DNA from: Naegleria gruberi
Lineage: Eukaryota
DNA: 64,000 nucleotides
Direction: 5' to 3' (one strand)
Assembly: GCA_000004985.1 (NCBI GenBank)
Contig: GG738923.1
Numbering within the stretch: the stretch's first letter is position 1; the number at the start of each line of letters is the position of its first letter. The notes under the pieces were generated by a model. It did no database searches and was not told the DNA's origin. It worked only from the letters and a program-made list of their open reading frames with translations. A program made the position numbers and the translations under genes. This document shows positions 24,234-37,496 of this stretch, piece by piece.

Positions 24234-24758
24234 TTACAATTCATCGTGTTTTGTTGATTTACATTCACAAGCTTCTTGAATACTTTTTGTATAGGCATCA
24301 CATCCAAAAGCATTCACTCCCCAACTGAACATTGTTGCTGTTGTAGAACATTCATCCTTTTCCTTCTTTTTCTTTGTTTTGCAGTGACCATTTAAACATT
24401 CGGTAAATTCCGAATCACATTGCTCCTTACTCTTAGAACAATCAGTGTAACAAATATCATGTTCATTACAACAATTAGTAAATCCAATCTTGTCTGAAAT
24501 GTGGTTAAATTCACCCGAAGGTCCACATCCATTAAAAATAGCCTTATAACCTGCTTTTTTAATTAATGATTGTCCCTTTGGACAAGTCATTCCACAGACT
24601 TCATTCTCTCCACCTCCGAATAAATCCTCCAAATTAATTTGTTGCATATTTGAATTTTTAGCTGAGACATTCTCAATGACAAAATACGACACAATCACGA
24701 TGATGATGGTAATCATCAGAACAACAAGGAAGCTTTTGCCTACCACATGTTGATTCAT
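24234..24758 (-). CDS. Group XII-like secretory phospholipase A2 with a signal anchor and a C-terminal HDEL.
   Basis: The CCNEHDICY motif matches the GXII sPLA2 active-site region (CC-HD-CY), upstream of GCGPSG. The N-terminal hydrophobic segment is LVVLMITIIIVIVSYFVI. The start is taken at the internal Met (MNQHVV...). The protein ends KHDEL. Confidence 0.55.
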   Translation of the reverse strand: MNQHVVGKSFLVVLMITIIIVIVSYFVIENVSAKNSNMQQINLEDLFGGGENEVCGMTCPKGQSLIKKAGYKAIFNGCGPSGEFNHISDKIGFTNCCNEHDICYTDCSKSKEQCDSEFTECLNGHCKTKKKKEKDECSTTATMFSWGVNAFGCDAYTKSIQEACECKSTKHDEL

Positions 24759-24970
24759 TTTTTTTAATTCCGGAATAAAAAACGTGTTTTTTGTACTGCC
24801 TTTTCGATATCTTTCAAATTTCACAAAGATTTTCATTTTCTAAGGTCTTGATAATCAAGGGAGTAATTATTAAAAATCATGCTATCGAGCAAGTCTCAAG
24901 TACGCACGCAGATTGTAATCTCTTTAAATTTGTTACTCGTCATGACTTGAATGTGCCCACAATCAAAAAA

Positions 24971-26041
24971 ATGTCCACAACCACACAAGCACTCATTTTC
25001 ACTAATTATCCTGAAGGAATGATCAAGGAGACAGATTTTGAATATACCGATCAAGTTCCGTTCAATTTTGATCAATCACTTGATCAAGATCAAATTATGG
25101 TCCAATTATTGCACATTTCTGTTGATCCATATTTGAGAGGAAGAATGAGAAAGAATGCAATGGCAAAACATTATGCTGCAACCTTTCAAACTGGTAAGCC
25201 TATCAGTAGTGGATGTGTTGCCAAGGTTTTAAAATCCAATCATTCAGTTTTTAAAGAAGGAGATGTTCTTGTTGGTCATTTCGAATGGCAATTACATCAA
25301 ATTGTAAAGATTGACCAAGATCAAGTGAAAAATTATCAAAAAGTTGACCCAAATATTGGTAAAATTCCACTTTCATATTATTTGGGAGCTCTTGGTATGC
25401 CTGGAATGACATCTTACTTTGGATTCTTGGATATTTGTCAACCAAAAGAAGGAGATGTTGTGGTTGTTTCTGCTGCATCAGGAGCTGTTGGAAGTTTGGT
25501 AGGTCAAATTGCCAAAATTCATGGATGTAAAGTTATTGGTATTACTGGACAACCTGCAGAAAATCAACAAGAATTGAAAGATTTAGGATTTGATGTCATT
25601 CTCAATTACAAAGATTACAACAATGATCCAATAGCTCTCAAAGATGCAATTGAAAAAGCAGCAGAACCAAAAACTGGAATTGATTGTTATTTTGATAATG
25701 TTGGAGGTTTCGTTTTGGATGCAGCAACTCTTGCCATGAATAGATATGGCAGAATCTCATGTTGTGGATCAATTAGTGATTATAATATTGAAGATAGAAT
25801 GAGTAATCTTGGACCAAGATTGAACTATCTCTACATTACCAGAGAATTATCTGTTAAGGGATTTATCGTCTCTTCCTTTTACAATCGATTGGATGAAGGT
25901 GTCAAGAAAATGACTCAATGGGTTAATGAGGGAAAACTCAAGGTTTTGGAATCAAAAGTACAAGGTTTGGAAAATGTACCAAAGGCCCTCATTAAACTCT
26001 TTACTGGTGATAAGTTTGGAAAGATGATTATCGATTTGTAA
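24971..26041 (+). CDS. NADP-dependent medium-chain reductase of the PTGR1/LTB4-12-hydroxydehydrogenase/zeta-crystallin family.
   Basis: The MDR fold with the nucleotide-binding motif AASGAVGSLVGQIAKIHGCKVIGITG. The start is at MSTTTQALIF. Confidence 0.75.
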   Translation: MSTTTQALIFTNYPEGMIKETDFEYTDQVPFNFDQSLDQDQIMVQLLHISVDPYLRGRMRKNAMAKHYAATFQTGKPISSGCVAKVLKSNHSVFKEGDVLVGHFEWQLHQIVKIDQDQVKNYQKVDPNIGKIPLSYYLGALGMPGMTSYFGFLDICQPKEGDVVVVSAASGAVGSLVGQIAKIHGCKVIGITGQPAENQQELKDLGFDVILNYKDYNNDPIALKDAIEKAAEPKTGIDCYFDNVGGFVLDAATLAMNRYGRISCCGSISDYNIEDRMSNLGPRLNYLYITRELSVKGFIVSSFYNRLDEGVKKMTQWVNEGKLKVLESKVQGLENVPKALIKLFTGDKFGKMIIDL

Positions 26042-26089
26042 ATTAAAAAATTGGTTTAAAATTTAATTGTTTTTTAAAAAGTAAAAAAA

Positions 26090-27605
26090 ATGTCTGCAAA
26101 CATCCTTAAATTACCCGAGATTGTGGCTTCCATCTTTTCATTTTGTATTAGACCAGCTGTTTTATTTCGATACAATCTGGTCTGCAGTGCTTGGAATCAA
26201 GTGGTTGAAGAGGGCGATTTCTTCAAGGAACATTCAAAGGAATGGAAGCCATTGATTACCAGAATTGATAAGGCTTTTATGTGGACTGAATATTATACCT
26301 TGTATGATCCGATTGTTTATGATCATTATTTGGAATTTAAAAGACGATTAAGAATATTATCGAGTGATGATGAACAACACTGTTCAGTTAGAGCTTGCTT
26401 CCGACCATGAAAGGTTCACTTTCCGATTAATGTCACTATCTAAGGATAATTTTGTGATTGAAACTGAATGTGATGATGATAAGAATATTGTTAGTAATGG
26501 AAGAACATTAACAATTCATGCCATTAGATCATCTTATTATGATCACATGGTGGAGACTGATATTGAGGAAGTGAAAGAGATAAATCTTCAGAGTTTGACT
26601 TCATTTAAGGATTCACACTTTCCAAATGTCCCTATTGATGGGTTTTATTCAATTTTGATGAGTTTGGTTAATGGGGAATACAGTTCTAATGTTAATGATT
26701 ATTTGATAGATTATGGAATTGATGGGTTTTTTAGAAATATAGAAAAATCAAAGGAGAAGGTAATGAAATTATACAAGGACCATCATTTTGACGATTCTTT
26801 ACTGCTTCGAACTTTGAAATGTAAAAATATTGAACTCACTGAAAATCTTATGAAAAAAGGCCACATACTAACTTTGGAACAAATGCAAAACATTACAAAA
26901 AATATCAAGAATGTTGATTCATTTACTGTCTTATTCACATGCAAATATTTGAAATTCAACAATATTGATTTTAATAGATTTCTCCCAGATGTTGAATCGA
27001 TTCTAGATAGCACTCCCGAGGTTTGTGAAATATTCATAGAAGAAAAGATTGTCGAATGCCCAGATGTCTTGATTGATATTGTTAATGAAACCACTCATGT
27101 AAACTATCCTGCTCTCCAATATTTGAAGCAAGTCAAACCAAGTCTGATTTGTCCACTAGATACTCGTTCAATTAAGAAGAAAGGTCAACCAAAGATACTA
27201 ATTCTCTTTGAGAATCCAGCACACGAAAAAGAACAAAAATACCTCTACTCATCCATGACACGAATAACTTGTAAAATATTCCCTCAAAGTTTGGATAGAG
27301 AGAAGGTACTAAATAATCTTACTGAGAAATGTAGCAATATGGATGTAATTCTATTTAGGCCAAAAACTTTCTCTGAGGATAAATTGAAAGAAACCTTGGA
27401 ACTAATTCAAAAGGCCACCATCAATACCAAACCAATTATTGGAATAGTTTGTTTCTATTCAAATCTATCAGAAAACAAACAAGCACTCAGGGAAGTGTTT
27501 AGAGCGGTGAGAGATGTCTATTTGATAATAGAAATCTATCCATGTCCACCTTTTTCTCAATTTACAGAAATATTTTACTGTAATCAAAATCTATGCAACA
27601 TGTAA
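26090..27605 (+). CDS. F-box-like N-terminus protein of unknown function. Its reading frame shifts by one nucleotide at about 26364-26410.
   Basis: ORF 26090..26410 has an F-box-like start (LKLPEIVASIFSFCIRP...). It overlaps ORF 26364..27605 by only 47 nt in another frame, which is too short for an intron. Confidence 0.35.
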
Positions 27606-28783
27606 ATACAATTTTCCAGGTTATTGTTTGAAATCCGAATAATGATGAGATAGTTTCATTTAGCAATAATCCCCCAATCCATCACTCCTATTTTTTCATC
27701 ATGAAAATTACTCATTCTCTTCATCGGAATGAAAAATCAGATATGAACCTTGTGTTGTTGTGTTACTTGGAGAAGTAACTATGCACTTTGAACATAGCTC
27801 ATTCATTATTGTAACAATTCATCTCTCTTATTGCTTTTGTTTTCAATTACAAATCAACTAAATATGAACCGTTGGACAATGAGAAATTTGTAAGCTACAA
27901 GATACCAGTATGTAAAGTGGAGCATCAAGTTTGCCTATTATTTCTTTTGAGGTTGCTTTGGGTACGGTTTTCCTGTTTCGCTCTAAATAGTAACCTTGAT
28001 TAAATTGATAAACCTCTTCCTCGTTCAGATTATGTTCACTTTGTTTGGAAAGGTTTTTTGATAACTTGTCACCATGAATTGATTCCATACCGAAGAGCCA
28101 ATTCTTGAAGATATTTACAAATTGTAAAGTTATTGAATAGTAGACCGGAAAGTTTGGTTTAGAGAAATATTGAGGCAAACAAATGAATTGAGCACATGAA
28201 ATTTTGACCATCCATGTAAAAGGGAACTTTTAATTTATTTATCACATTTTTCTCCGAATTGTCTTTCGTTCACAACTTATTCGAAACGAAACTATTTGCC
28301 CAGAAACAAACTGCAACTAATCAACATGAACCTAATATCTTTATCAGTGATTGTTAAAAAGATTTGTTCTTTGTTCATTATCAACCCTTTCATGATGCAA
28401 TTCATTATTGATATCAGGTTCCATCAACACAGATATTCTTCACTCAATTAACCATCAATGGATGACGTTCAGAATTTGGTTAGTGTTGTGTATGACAACT
28501 GTTTCATCACCCAACTTCTTTTTGACGCTGGTTGATGGTGGACTTTTGACAGCCAATTTTTTGATGGCACGTTCCCAAACGAGATGCGCGTCAACCTCAT
28601 GAAAAACATTTTAAAAAAAATTGCTTCAACTTGTGTGTGTTTGTAGAGCGCGCCGTTTTAACGACATTTCAACTTCTCTCGAACCGCAAAACAAACTTTT
28701 TACTTTACGAGCGCAACGTTCATTGATCAAAACAACAAGAATAACAACAACTAAATAGAATAGAACAATATATATAGAATACA

Positions 28784-30020
28784 ATGGCTTCTATTCAAGA
28801 ACAAATTAACAAGGCTCGTCAAGAAGCCCAATCTTTGCAAGATCAAATCAAGAAGAGTATGGAAGGTGGTAATGATGCTAAACGTAAGTATATACTTTGT
28901 ATTCGAAATGGTCAATTAACCAATCTATAACCAATATTATTTTGTTGTTGTTTTACAATGTTTTTTCACCGTTATCTAAACAAATAATTTTTACACTTGT
29001 AACAACAATAATAACCAACTAATAATAACAATTTAAATTTGATCAAAACTAGTCAACAAACTTGATGTTCCAGCTGTTGGCCCATATAAATTCAAAGTTA
29101 GAAATACTCTTCGTGGACATTTGGGTAAAGTTTACAGCTGTGCTTGGAGTCCAGTTCCAGATAGCAAATTGTTGGTTTCTGCCTCTCAAGATGGTAAACT
29201 TATTATATGGAACGCATTGACAACATTCAAACAACATGCTATTACTCTCCGTACTAACTGGGTTATGACTTGTTCATACTCAAATTCTGGTCAATATGTT
29301 GCTTCTGGTGGTTTGGACAATATTGTTTCCATCTTTAACATTAACCAATTGACTGATGCTTCTGATAGTACTCAACCAACAACACCTCACCGTGAATTGA
29401 GTCAACACACTGGTTATATCAGTGCTTGTAAATTCATTTCAAATGATAAGCAAATCTTGTCAAGTTCTGGTGATATGACTTGTATTTGTTGGGATATTGA
29501 AATGGGTCGTCCAATCAAGACTTTCCAATCACACACTGGTGACTGTATGTCTGTCTCTGTTTCTCCTGATGAATCTCAATTCGTTTCTGGTGGTTGTGAT
29601 GCCTATGCCAAGTTGTGGGATATTAGATCGGGGAAGTGTGTTGCTACCTTTGGTGGTCACGACTCTGATGTCAACTGTGTTCAATTCTTCCCTAATGGTT
29701 TGTCATTTGCCACTGCTTCTGATGATAACACTTGTAGACTCTTTGATATTCGTGCCAGCAGAGAATTGATGGATTATAAGGATGATTCCATCAGAGAAGG
29801 TGCTACTTCCATTTCATTCAGTAAGTCTGGACGTTTGATGTATGCTGCCTACGATGAAAAATCTGTTGTTGTGTGGGATACTTTGAAGGGAAAGATTGTT
29901 CAAAATTTGACAAGCGAACAAAATGGTCCAGAAGGAAGAGTTGCCTGTCTCGCTGTTAGTCCTGATGGTAATGCTTTAGCTACTGCCTCTTGGGACTTTA
30001 ACTTGCAAGTTTGGGCTTAA
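28784..30020 (+). CDS. gpbA: Heterotrimeric G-protein beta subunit (WD40). Two exons: join(28784..28883,29053..30020).
   Basis: Exon 1 MASIQEQINKARQEAQSLQDQIKKSMEGGNDAK ends at a gtaagt intron. Exon 2 begins LNKLDVPAVGPYKFKVRNTLRGHLGKVYSCAWS... and is colinear with Dictyostelium G-beta through the C-terminal SWDFNLQVWA. Confidence 0.85.
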
Positions 30021-30255
30021 ATTATTGTAGTTTTTACACAATAATTCTCTCTTATTCTCTCATTCTCCTCCTGCCACCCAATGTTTGTTCGCACAACCAC
30101 AAACATCATCACCATCAACTCATTCACATCATCATCATGTACACTTTCTAAGTTTGTAAACTTACACACACAATAAATCTAAAATTATTTAAAAAACCTT
30201 CCTTACAACAATAGTACTACAACAACTAATTTTCAATTGTTTGCTTTACTAAATC

Positions 30256-33200
30256 TCAGTAAATTGGAATAACTGGAATGTAATTAGTATTGGCATTACT
30301 AATAAATGATGTTATATCACCACCAAATCCGTTATCAGCATGATATTTCATTCTCAATTGAAATGCTCTTGCATTCAAGTTGGAATTGAGTGGTTGAGCT
30401 GGGAGGGAAATTAACGTACCAGCCACCGAAAGAGTTTTTGAACTTCCTGTTGCATCATACGAAAAGTAATCAAGTGAATAGGTAATAGTGAACGGACTCA
30501 AAAACTGTGGAAGTGCAAACTCTGCAACTTGTTGAAAATAATCTTTGGAAGTTATTTGTATTGAAATATTGGTTCCAACATTCAGATTAAAGTAAATGTA
30601 ATAATTATTGTGGTATCTAGTACTGACTGAGAATGGAACCTTGAAATAAATCCAACCATTGGTTTGATTTTGCATTTCAATGGTTTGGAAAGATATGGTT
30701 GGAGGTATAAAGTTCTCATTCACAAAGTACATATCCAATTCCATTGGCACACCATCTTCTGTCAATGATCTGACAGTTTTCAAGATTTTAATGGATGAAG
30801 GAATGCTTCCAGGAATCACTTTTAAAACTCTATTGTTATTCGAATTGTCCAATTGTAAATAATTAGAATAAGAACCAATTGCCTGATTATTATTCAAATA
30901 ATCGAATGCAGTTAAAGCTCCAGCTCCAGAAACTGCCAACCAATTTGGTGGCTTTAGCATGTAGAGAGAATAGGATGTGGCAGCTGCAAATGCAAACCAA
31001 TGACCTACACCACTTGAATAACCCCAACTTATTCCAGACGAGTCGGTCCATCCAGAGTAAGCAATTCCATTAAAAGCTCCCATATAATTAGATGCAGTAT
31101 AGACATATTTTCCCACACTTACAAATGCATGAACTCTTACTGAACGACTTCTTCTCAGATAGATATTCGCTGGAATGCTAATTACTGTGCTATTTGCAGC
31201 AGCAGACATTATGGAATCCATATCTGAATCACACTTTGTGTCTGGAACTATAGTATCTGTGCATTTCCATGAAATACTACTCAATGGATCTGCGAAGGAA
31301 GATTGAGGAAAATTGAGAGTAAGTTTGTATGGGAAATCAGGAGAACTGGATGTGAAAGTGGTAACAGTGGTTGCTGTGAAGGATATTTTGGTCAGGACAG
31401 GAATGAAAATCAATCGATGACTTCTCGAAATCAGCAGTTGGTTGGTTGTCATGTTGTAAACTCTCAAATTGATTGTGTAATTTCCATAACCTGATACGGT
31501 ACTCTTGACAATTGCCAGTTCGTAATTAGTATTTTCAGTACAATTGTAATCAAATATTGTGGTTGTTGGTTTGACATTTGCAGAATTCAAAACTTCCCAA
31601 GCAACTTTCACAGTTGGATGGTTGACTTCAATACCATTAATGGTAATTTGTTTCTTGATAATGAATGACTGAGTTAGCGTTGTTACTAAATCAGTGGTAT
31701 AGTAGAATGGGTTTGTGTTCAATAAAATCTTTGCTGAAATTATAGGAACTGAGTTTTGACTTGAGCTACTTGTTGAACTATCTAATAATTTTGTTATATT
31801 CAAAAATGCTGATTCGCTCCAAACATTGAATCTGTTTTTCAGTTTCAACTGAATCACATGACTACCGACTGGTAAATTAGTCAATTTAATGGATTTTGCA
31901 TTCGTTCCACTCTTTGCATGAATAGATTGATTCAGATTTGAAATTTCTTGAATGGAATTCAATGAGCTAGTAAATAAATACCATTCGAAATATAAATTCT
32001 CGTCATACAACTTTTCATTTCTTGAATTGATCGCGTTCAGTGCAATGCTTGATTCGTACGTAATTGTTGAATTGAGAGTTGAAATGAAAGGCAGTGGTGG
32101 AATAATCTCTTGTGGATCTGATTGGATTCTTATCAATTGATTGGAAGAGGGATCTTCAAAATGGAGTATTTTGAATTGTAAATCATCTCCTGGAACTAGT
32201 TGTGAATCTGAAGGAAGTTGAACAACCATTTCTCCTTCTAAATATTCTAAAGATGAAATTGTAAAATTACAATAAACTGGAAGTTGACCAATTCTTGGAG
32301 AGTTAAAGAAAGTGTTGCAAATTGGATTCATTGTGGTTTCAATTTTGAAAAGTGTAGCAATTGGAGCTATTATTGTAAACTTTACAAAATATCCAAATTT
32401 ATCGAATGAAAATTTTGAATTCTTGACATGAGTTTTACACTCCATTCCATAATATCCATCTAGACATTCATTACAAGTACCATTCGTCCAATACCCATGA
32501 TCCAAATCATGATAACAATCACATAAACCATCTCTGGAACATTCTCCATTTCCATTACAAGTACTATTCGAAACACAATTCACTTGACACGATGGACCAA
32601 AGTAATTCTCTTTACATTCATCACAATAACTTCCTACATAAACATCACTGGAACATGAACAAGATGAATTATCTGGAGAGCAAATTCCCAAATTATTACA
32701 TGTCATTTCATTTGAACATGATAATTGACTTTTACAATTATCTCCTGAATGGAATGGATCACAAACTGAACAGTCATCTCCAAACCAATATCCATTTTGA
32801 GCAGATGAATAACATTCACACATGTCCAGATCCATACATTGTCCATGTCCAGAACAAACCAATGAATCATTTTGTTTCAATCCAAAACAAGTTGACATTT
32901 CGCATGCATCTCCATAGAATCCTAATTGACATTCACATCCTGATTGAGAACAATTTCCCCTTCCTAAGCATACTCTTGAATAATCAGTTGAATTGTAAAG
33001 TGTCATGTTCTTTCCTAAACATTTGACTTGTTCACATTCCTGTCCATCGTATGGATGTGGACACAAGCATTGATTCATCGACACGCATTGTCCAACTCCT
33101 CCACATACATATTCATGATCCATTTCCAAACCATAACATGAAATCTTTTCACAATCTGATCCAGAATATCCCAATTCACATGAACATGTATTCGTTCCAA

Positions 33201-34076
33201 TACATTTTCCATTTCCAGAGCAAATTTGATTTGAAACGCTCTCATCAGTTGCATTCAAACCATTACAAAACAGATCAATCCTAGTATTTGTAATAATATT
33301 CGAATTGGATCCTTCCTTTTCACACTCGTCTCCATAAAAACCTAATTGACAAGTACAAATTCCATTATTGCCACACGAGCCTCTTCCTGAACAAGCTCTA
33401 GTATCTGTGGAGTTGTAACTGCCACAATATTTCTTCGAACAATCCACACTATAATATCCATCATCACAATTACACACGTCCATGTCGATGCATGCTCCGT
33501 GTCCAGAACAGGCATCACTCTTGGAAGCCTTTTTTCCATAGCAAAATAATGAACTAGTCTTGAACTGGCAACTGAATCCACCATAGCCATCTTCACACTT
33601 TACAAAATGTTAACTATTAACGAAACATTTCAAATAATTACCTTACATAAATTTGGAGAAATACATGTTCCTCTTCCAGAACAAACTGTTGCACTATTTG
33701 AAGTGATTTGGAAACATCTCGGCACTGAACAATCAATTCCCAAATATCCCTTATTACACGAGCAGAATCCTGTTGATCTACATTTGCCATGTCCACTACA
33801 AACCAATGGATCATCTGGGGAATAGCCAAAACACTTGGCAATTTCACATTGTGTTCCAGTGGCCAATTCATTACATTGACATGTATCCACTGATGTACAT
33901 GTACCATTCCCTGAGCAAACAGTGGCGGAGGAAGCTGAAACTCCAAAACATGTTATTGCACTTCCCTCCACTGCATCTCCACTCCTTAGCGTAGACAGTA
34001 TTATGGCTATCAGAACCGAAGTTAAAATTAACAAGTGTCTTCTTGTGTTGCAGATGTGAATATTTGTTCGTGTCAT
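30256..34076 (-). CDS. Large secreted or membrane protein (about 1200 aa) with a signal peptide, about 15 tandem EGF-like (tenascin-type) repeats, and a roughly 700-aa Cys-poor C-terminal domain. One intron at about 33603..33657.
   Basis: ORF 33630..34076 opens with a signal peptide plus EGF repeats (CFGVSASSATVCSGNGTCTSVDTCQC). It ends at a gtaatt..taaag intron and joins in frame to ORF 30256..33483, which starts CEDGYGGFSCQ. The motifs CxCxxGYxGxxC recur throughout. Confidence 0.6.
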
Positions 34077-34493
34077 GGTGGCTTTAATTAAGGGAAGTTT
34101 AATTAATTTGTTTTTTTTCTTGATTTTACGTTTGGATTAAGGAAGCATTTGAACAGTCATCATATTACATGGTCTAAGTAAGGGCGGTGTTTCCAAAATT
34201 TTGGATGCAGGAATCAGGTTGTAGGGTGATTCTTAGATGCAGATTGCTTTTCTAAATTAGTTCCTCCCTAATTTGTTGTGGGTAGTGCCTATTCTGTAAT
34301 ACAGAGAGTTTTACAATTGAGATGGAATGGAAATGTCGTATAAGTTGAGAAGTGGTTCATCTATGGAATATAATCAGTCCTCCTCCTCCTTGCAGAATTT
34401 CAACAACACACAGTATCATTTGTGGGATATCTAAATCAGCAATGGTTCAATACTAGCATGTGCATACTGTCTTTGTCACATCCAACATGTTTA

Positions 34494-36052
34494 TTAAAGG
34501 TCTGAAAGTTGTTCAACAGCTTCCTTGATTGGTTTTGGGAAATACTTGAGTGTGAATGTCATTTCTGTACTTTCGGTAATGTTAATTCTGTGACATTTTC
34601 CAACGAGTTTCAAAAGACATTTGCAAAAGTTTTGAATGATTTCCATTTCATCATCAACCTTTTCCAAGTCAATTCCTAAAATATTCTCAATCAGTTGAGG
34701 AATAGTGGAATCTTCTTCTTGACCATCTATTTCAAGGGAAATGGTATCCCTTTCCTCTTCTGTAAAGGCATAAAGCATTTCATGTTTCAATGAAATTTCA
34801 GTTAATTTCCCATTTGCCAATTCAAATACAGCAGTTGCAAAAAATCTTTCCTCCTGAATGTATTCTGTAAAACCAATATAATAAGCTTCATGAATCGTGT
34901 AATACTTGAGCTTTGATTTAAGTTGTTGGAACATGGTTTCATCAATGTTGATATTGAAATCACGATTAAGCCAAGATTCCTCGAAGAGGAACAAGTTATG
35001 AGCCTTTCTTGCAGATTGTTTCAGAATTTCACTTCTGATCATGTCGAAATATTCCATTTTCTGTGAGAAACTCAAATCAGAATGGACAATCGGATTGAGA
35101 ATCATCTCTAAACATTTCAATCCTTCTTGTACTTCAATACTCTCGGCTGATTTGTTGAAAGCATCATCGTCTTTAGATTTCAATTCCTTAATCATACTCT
35201 TCATGACATTTGAATTCGTATCAACCATTGGTTCCATGCAACAATATTCTTTAGCACCAGCACATGTCATTAAAAAAGTGAGAAATGCTTTCCAATCCCA
35301 TTCACTTGGAATTTCTAATTCTTTCATAACATTGTTAATTGCTTAATGTCAATTTTACCACTGCCCATTGGTTCATCTTCCCAAGTATAGTAATAATTCA
35401 AATACCAAATAAGATTCTTCTCTTGAAAATTTGAATCTCTCACTTTCAAATCATAACTTCTCTCCAAATTATCCACTCTAGTATTTGGTCCATAAACATA
35501 ATGTTGAGTAAAGATCATAAACTCTTTTGATTTCTTTAAAATTTTCAATTCTGATCTTCCTCCCTGAGTTTGTGAAAAAACTCCACCCACATATGAATTG
35601 AACGAAACAATTCCACTCTTAAATAAATTGGAATAAGTCTTATTCATGCAGAGTACGTTAAAATTGGTATCATTTTCTAATAGATATTGAAAATAGGATA
35701 TTCTATCATCAAGGACCATGCAATTTCTAATTTCTGCATTAACTTTCAGCAGACAACCTTGCAAAAAATCACAAGATTCATCCTTTACTTTTGCATTCAT
35801 TTTGGATAATCTATTCAAAAAGAATAATTCATTATCATTGGATTCAATAGATTCGGAAGAAATTCGTAATTCCTTGTTGATTGATTGGTTGACCAATCGG
35901 AATGTTAAAACTTCTCTGAAGGTGAGAAAGGAGTAGACATTTAACAACACAGCACTATTGAACCATGAGGAGTGATCGTGTGTTGTTGATTTTGCTTTTT
36001 TAGATTCGGATTGGGAAGATTCGTCTGTTTGCTTTCGTTTCATTTTTTTCAA
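34494..36052 (-). CDS. Unknown protein, or two abutting ORFs with an ATGA stop/start overlap at 35324-35327. Probably one gene carrying a 1-nt frame disruption.
   Basis: ORF 35324..36052 (F-box-like N-terminus, NSAVLLNVYSFLTFREVLTFRLVN) ends ...LTML with a TGA that overlaps the ATG of ORF 34494..35327. There is no canonical intron at the junction. Confidence 0.3.
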
Positions 36053-36632
36053 GTATTTTCTGGCAGATTCAGAATCAAGTTACAACTTGTTCAAGGCTTT
36101 GATAATCTTGAAAAGTAAATCCATTGGTGATTGAATAACCCCTGCAAAAATATTCGGAAATATTAATTGTTAAATTTCCGAACCTTTAGATTAACCTCAT
36201 GTGAGCAAGCTGTGTTGGATTTGATGATTATTCAATACAGCTTGAAAAATTACAATGCATTCTTTACTTTCCACTGATTTTCTAATTGTAAAGTAAACAT
36301 GATGGAAAATAATAAGCAAAAGGTAATGAAAGTTGGAACCTTGGTGCAATACTACGTTAGTATTCGAAAATTTTCAACGATTTTCAAAAGTTGTTGGTTC
36401 CTACGATTTGTAAATGAAATACGCATTTGCCGTAATAAGTCTAATTGTGATAAGAAATAGAACTTTATCTATTTACTCAATTTCATAACTGTTCGAATGA
36501 TTCAAATATTATTTGAGTGAGTTTCAAATTACCAAATCTCACACTAATTCAATTACTAGGTAGAATCCCATGTTACAATAAATCCCTGCTAGAGAATGAA
36601 TCAATTCTAATCATTTCTTTTGAACAATTAAT

Positions 36633-37496
36633 TTAGGCAACTTTCTTTGCATCATAATCTGGAGATTTTGTACCGTTCTTGACATATAATTCCTCACGAA
36701 CAATGAATCTTTCAGGTTTGAAGAATGCAGCAATGTAAGGCAATACCAAACAAGGAACTGAAATCAAACACCAATAGGAAGGTGTTTCATGGAATTTACC
36801 AATTGTCAAGGTGACAGCCAAAGCAGCTAACCAACCACCAACTACAGCGCTTCCCATAATCCAACTCTTTCCAAAGAAATCATTATCTTTCACAGAATAT
36901 CTGAAGAAATGAGGGAATGCAGCAACCAACAACCAAGTATACCATGAAATGCCATGTCCCCACAATGGATGATAAGGAAACATCCAATACAAGTGATTAG
37001 GTCCTTGCATGGAACACAACTTGGTATTAACATTTTGGATTTCAATTCCCAAAATATTACCAGGAACACCTTCTGGTCCATCATTAGCAATTCCAGTACC
37101 AAATCCACCAACTTGGAAATAACCCATTACCAAACTGATAGTGGCAATAATCAATGTAGCAAATGAACAACCCAAGGCATATCTGAAAGTACTTCTTCCC
37201 TTGGCTGTATTTTTAAGACACCAATAATTGTGTGCAATTGGTTGAGTCCAAATTAGAAAGTGAGCAACAATCGACAACGTAAAATTCGACGTGGTGCCAC
37301 AAGTACCTTCAAGACCGTAATAATATTGCAAAAATTGTAAAAACTCCATCGATGTATATGAAAGATACATCAATACTTGGGAGATACTTCTTGCTCTCCA
37401 TTCCTTTCGAATAGCAAGTGTTCTTCTAATTTGATCCAAAGTCATCAATCCTCCAAGGAGGGAAAAGAACAATGAAGCTCTGAGTGACCAACACAT
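36633..37496 (-). CDS. Multi-pass membrane protein (at least six predicted TM helices) of unassigned family.
   Basis: 287-aa ORF with repeated hydrophobic stretches about 20 aa long and aromatic-rich loops. No motif I can confidently assign. Confidence 0.4.
   Translation of the reverse strand: MCWSLRASLFFSLLGGLMTLDQIRRTLAIRKEWRARSISQVLMYLSYTSMEFLQFLQYYYGLEGTCGTTSNFTLSIVAHFLIWTQPIAHNYWCLKNTAKGRSTFRYALGCSFATLIIATISLVMGYFQVGGFGTGIANDGPEGVPGNILGIEIQNVNTKLCSMQGPNHLYWMFPYHPLWGHGISWYTWLLVAAFPHFFRYSVKDNDFFGKSWIMGSAVVGGWLAALAVTLTIGKFHETPSYWCLISVPCLVLPYIAAFFKPERFIVREELYVKNGTKSPDYDAKKVA

Noticed and set aside
27858-28211. ORF of 117 aa on the minus strand between the F-box gene and G-beta
   Set aside because: No motif, and no clear start or splice context. 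It could be an exon of an unrecognised gene, but I cannot support it.
33638-33994. Overlapping ORFs 33638..33946 (-) and 33773..33994 (+) within the EGF-protein first exon
   Set aside because: These are alternative frames of the Cys-codon-rich EGF exon. The frame giving signal peptide plus EGF repeats (33630..34076) is clearly the real one.
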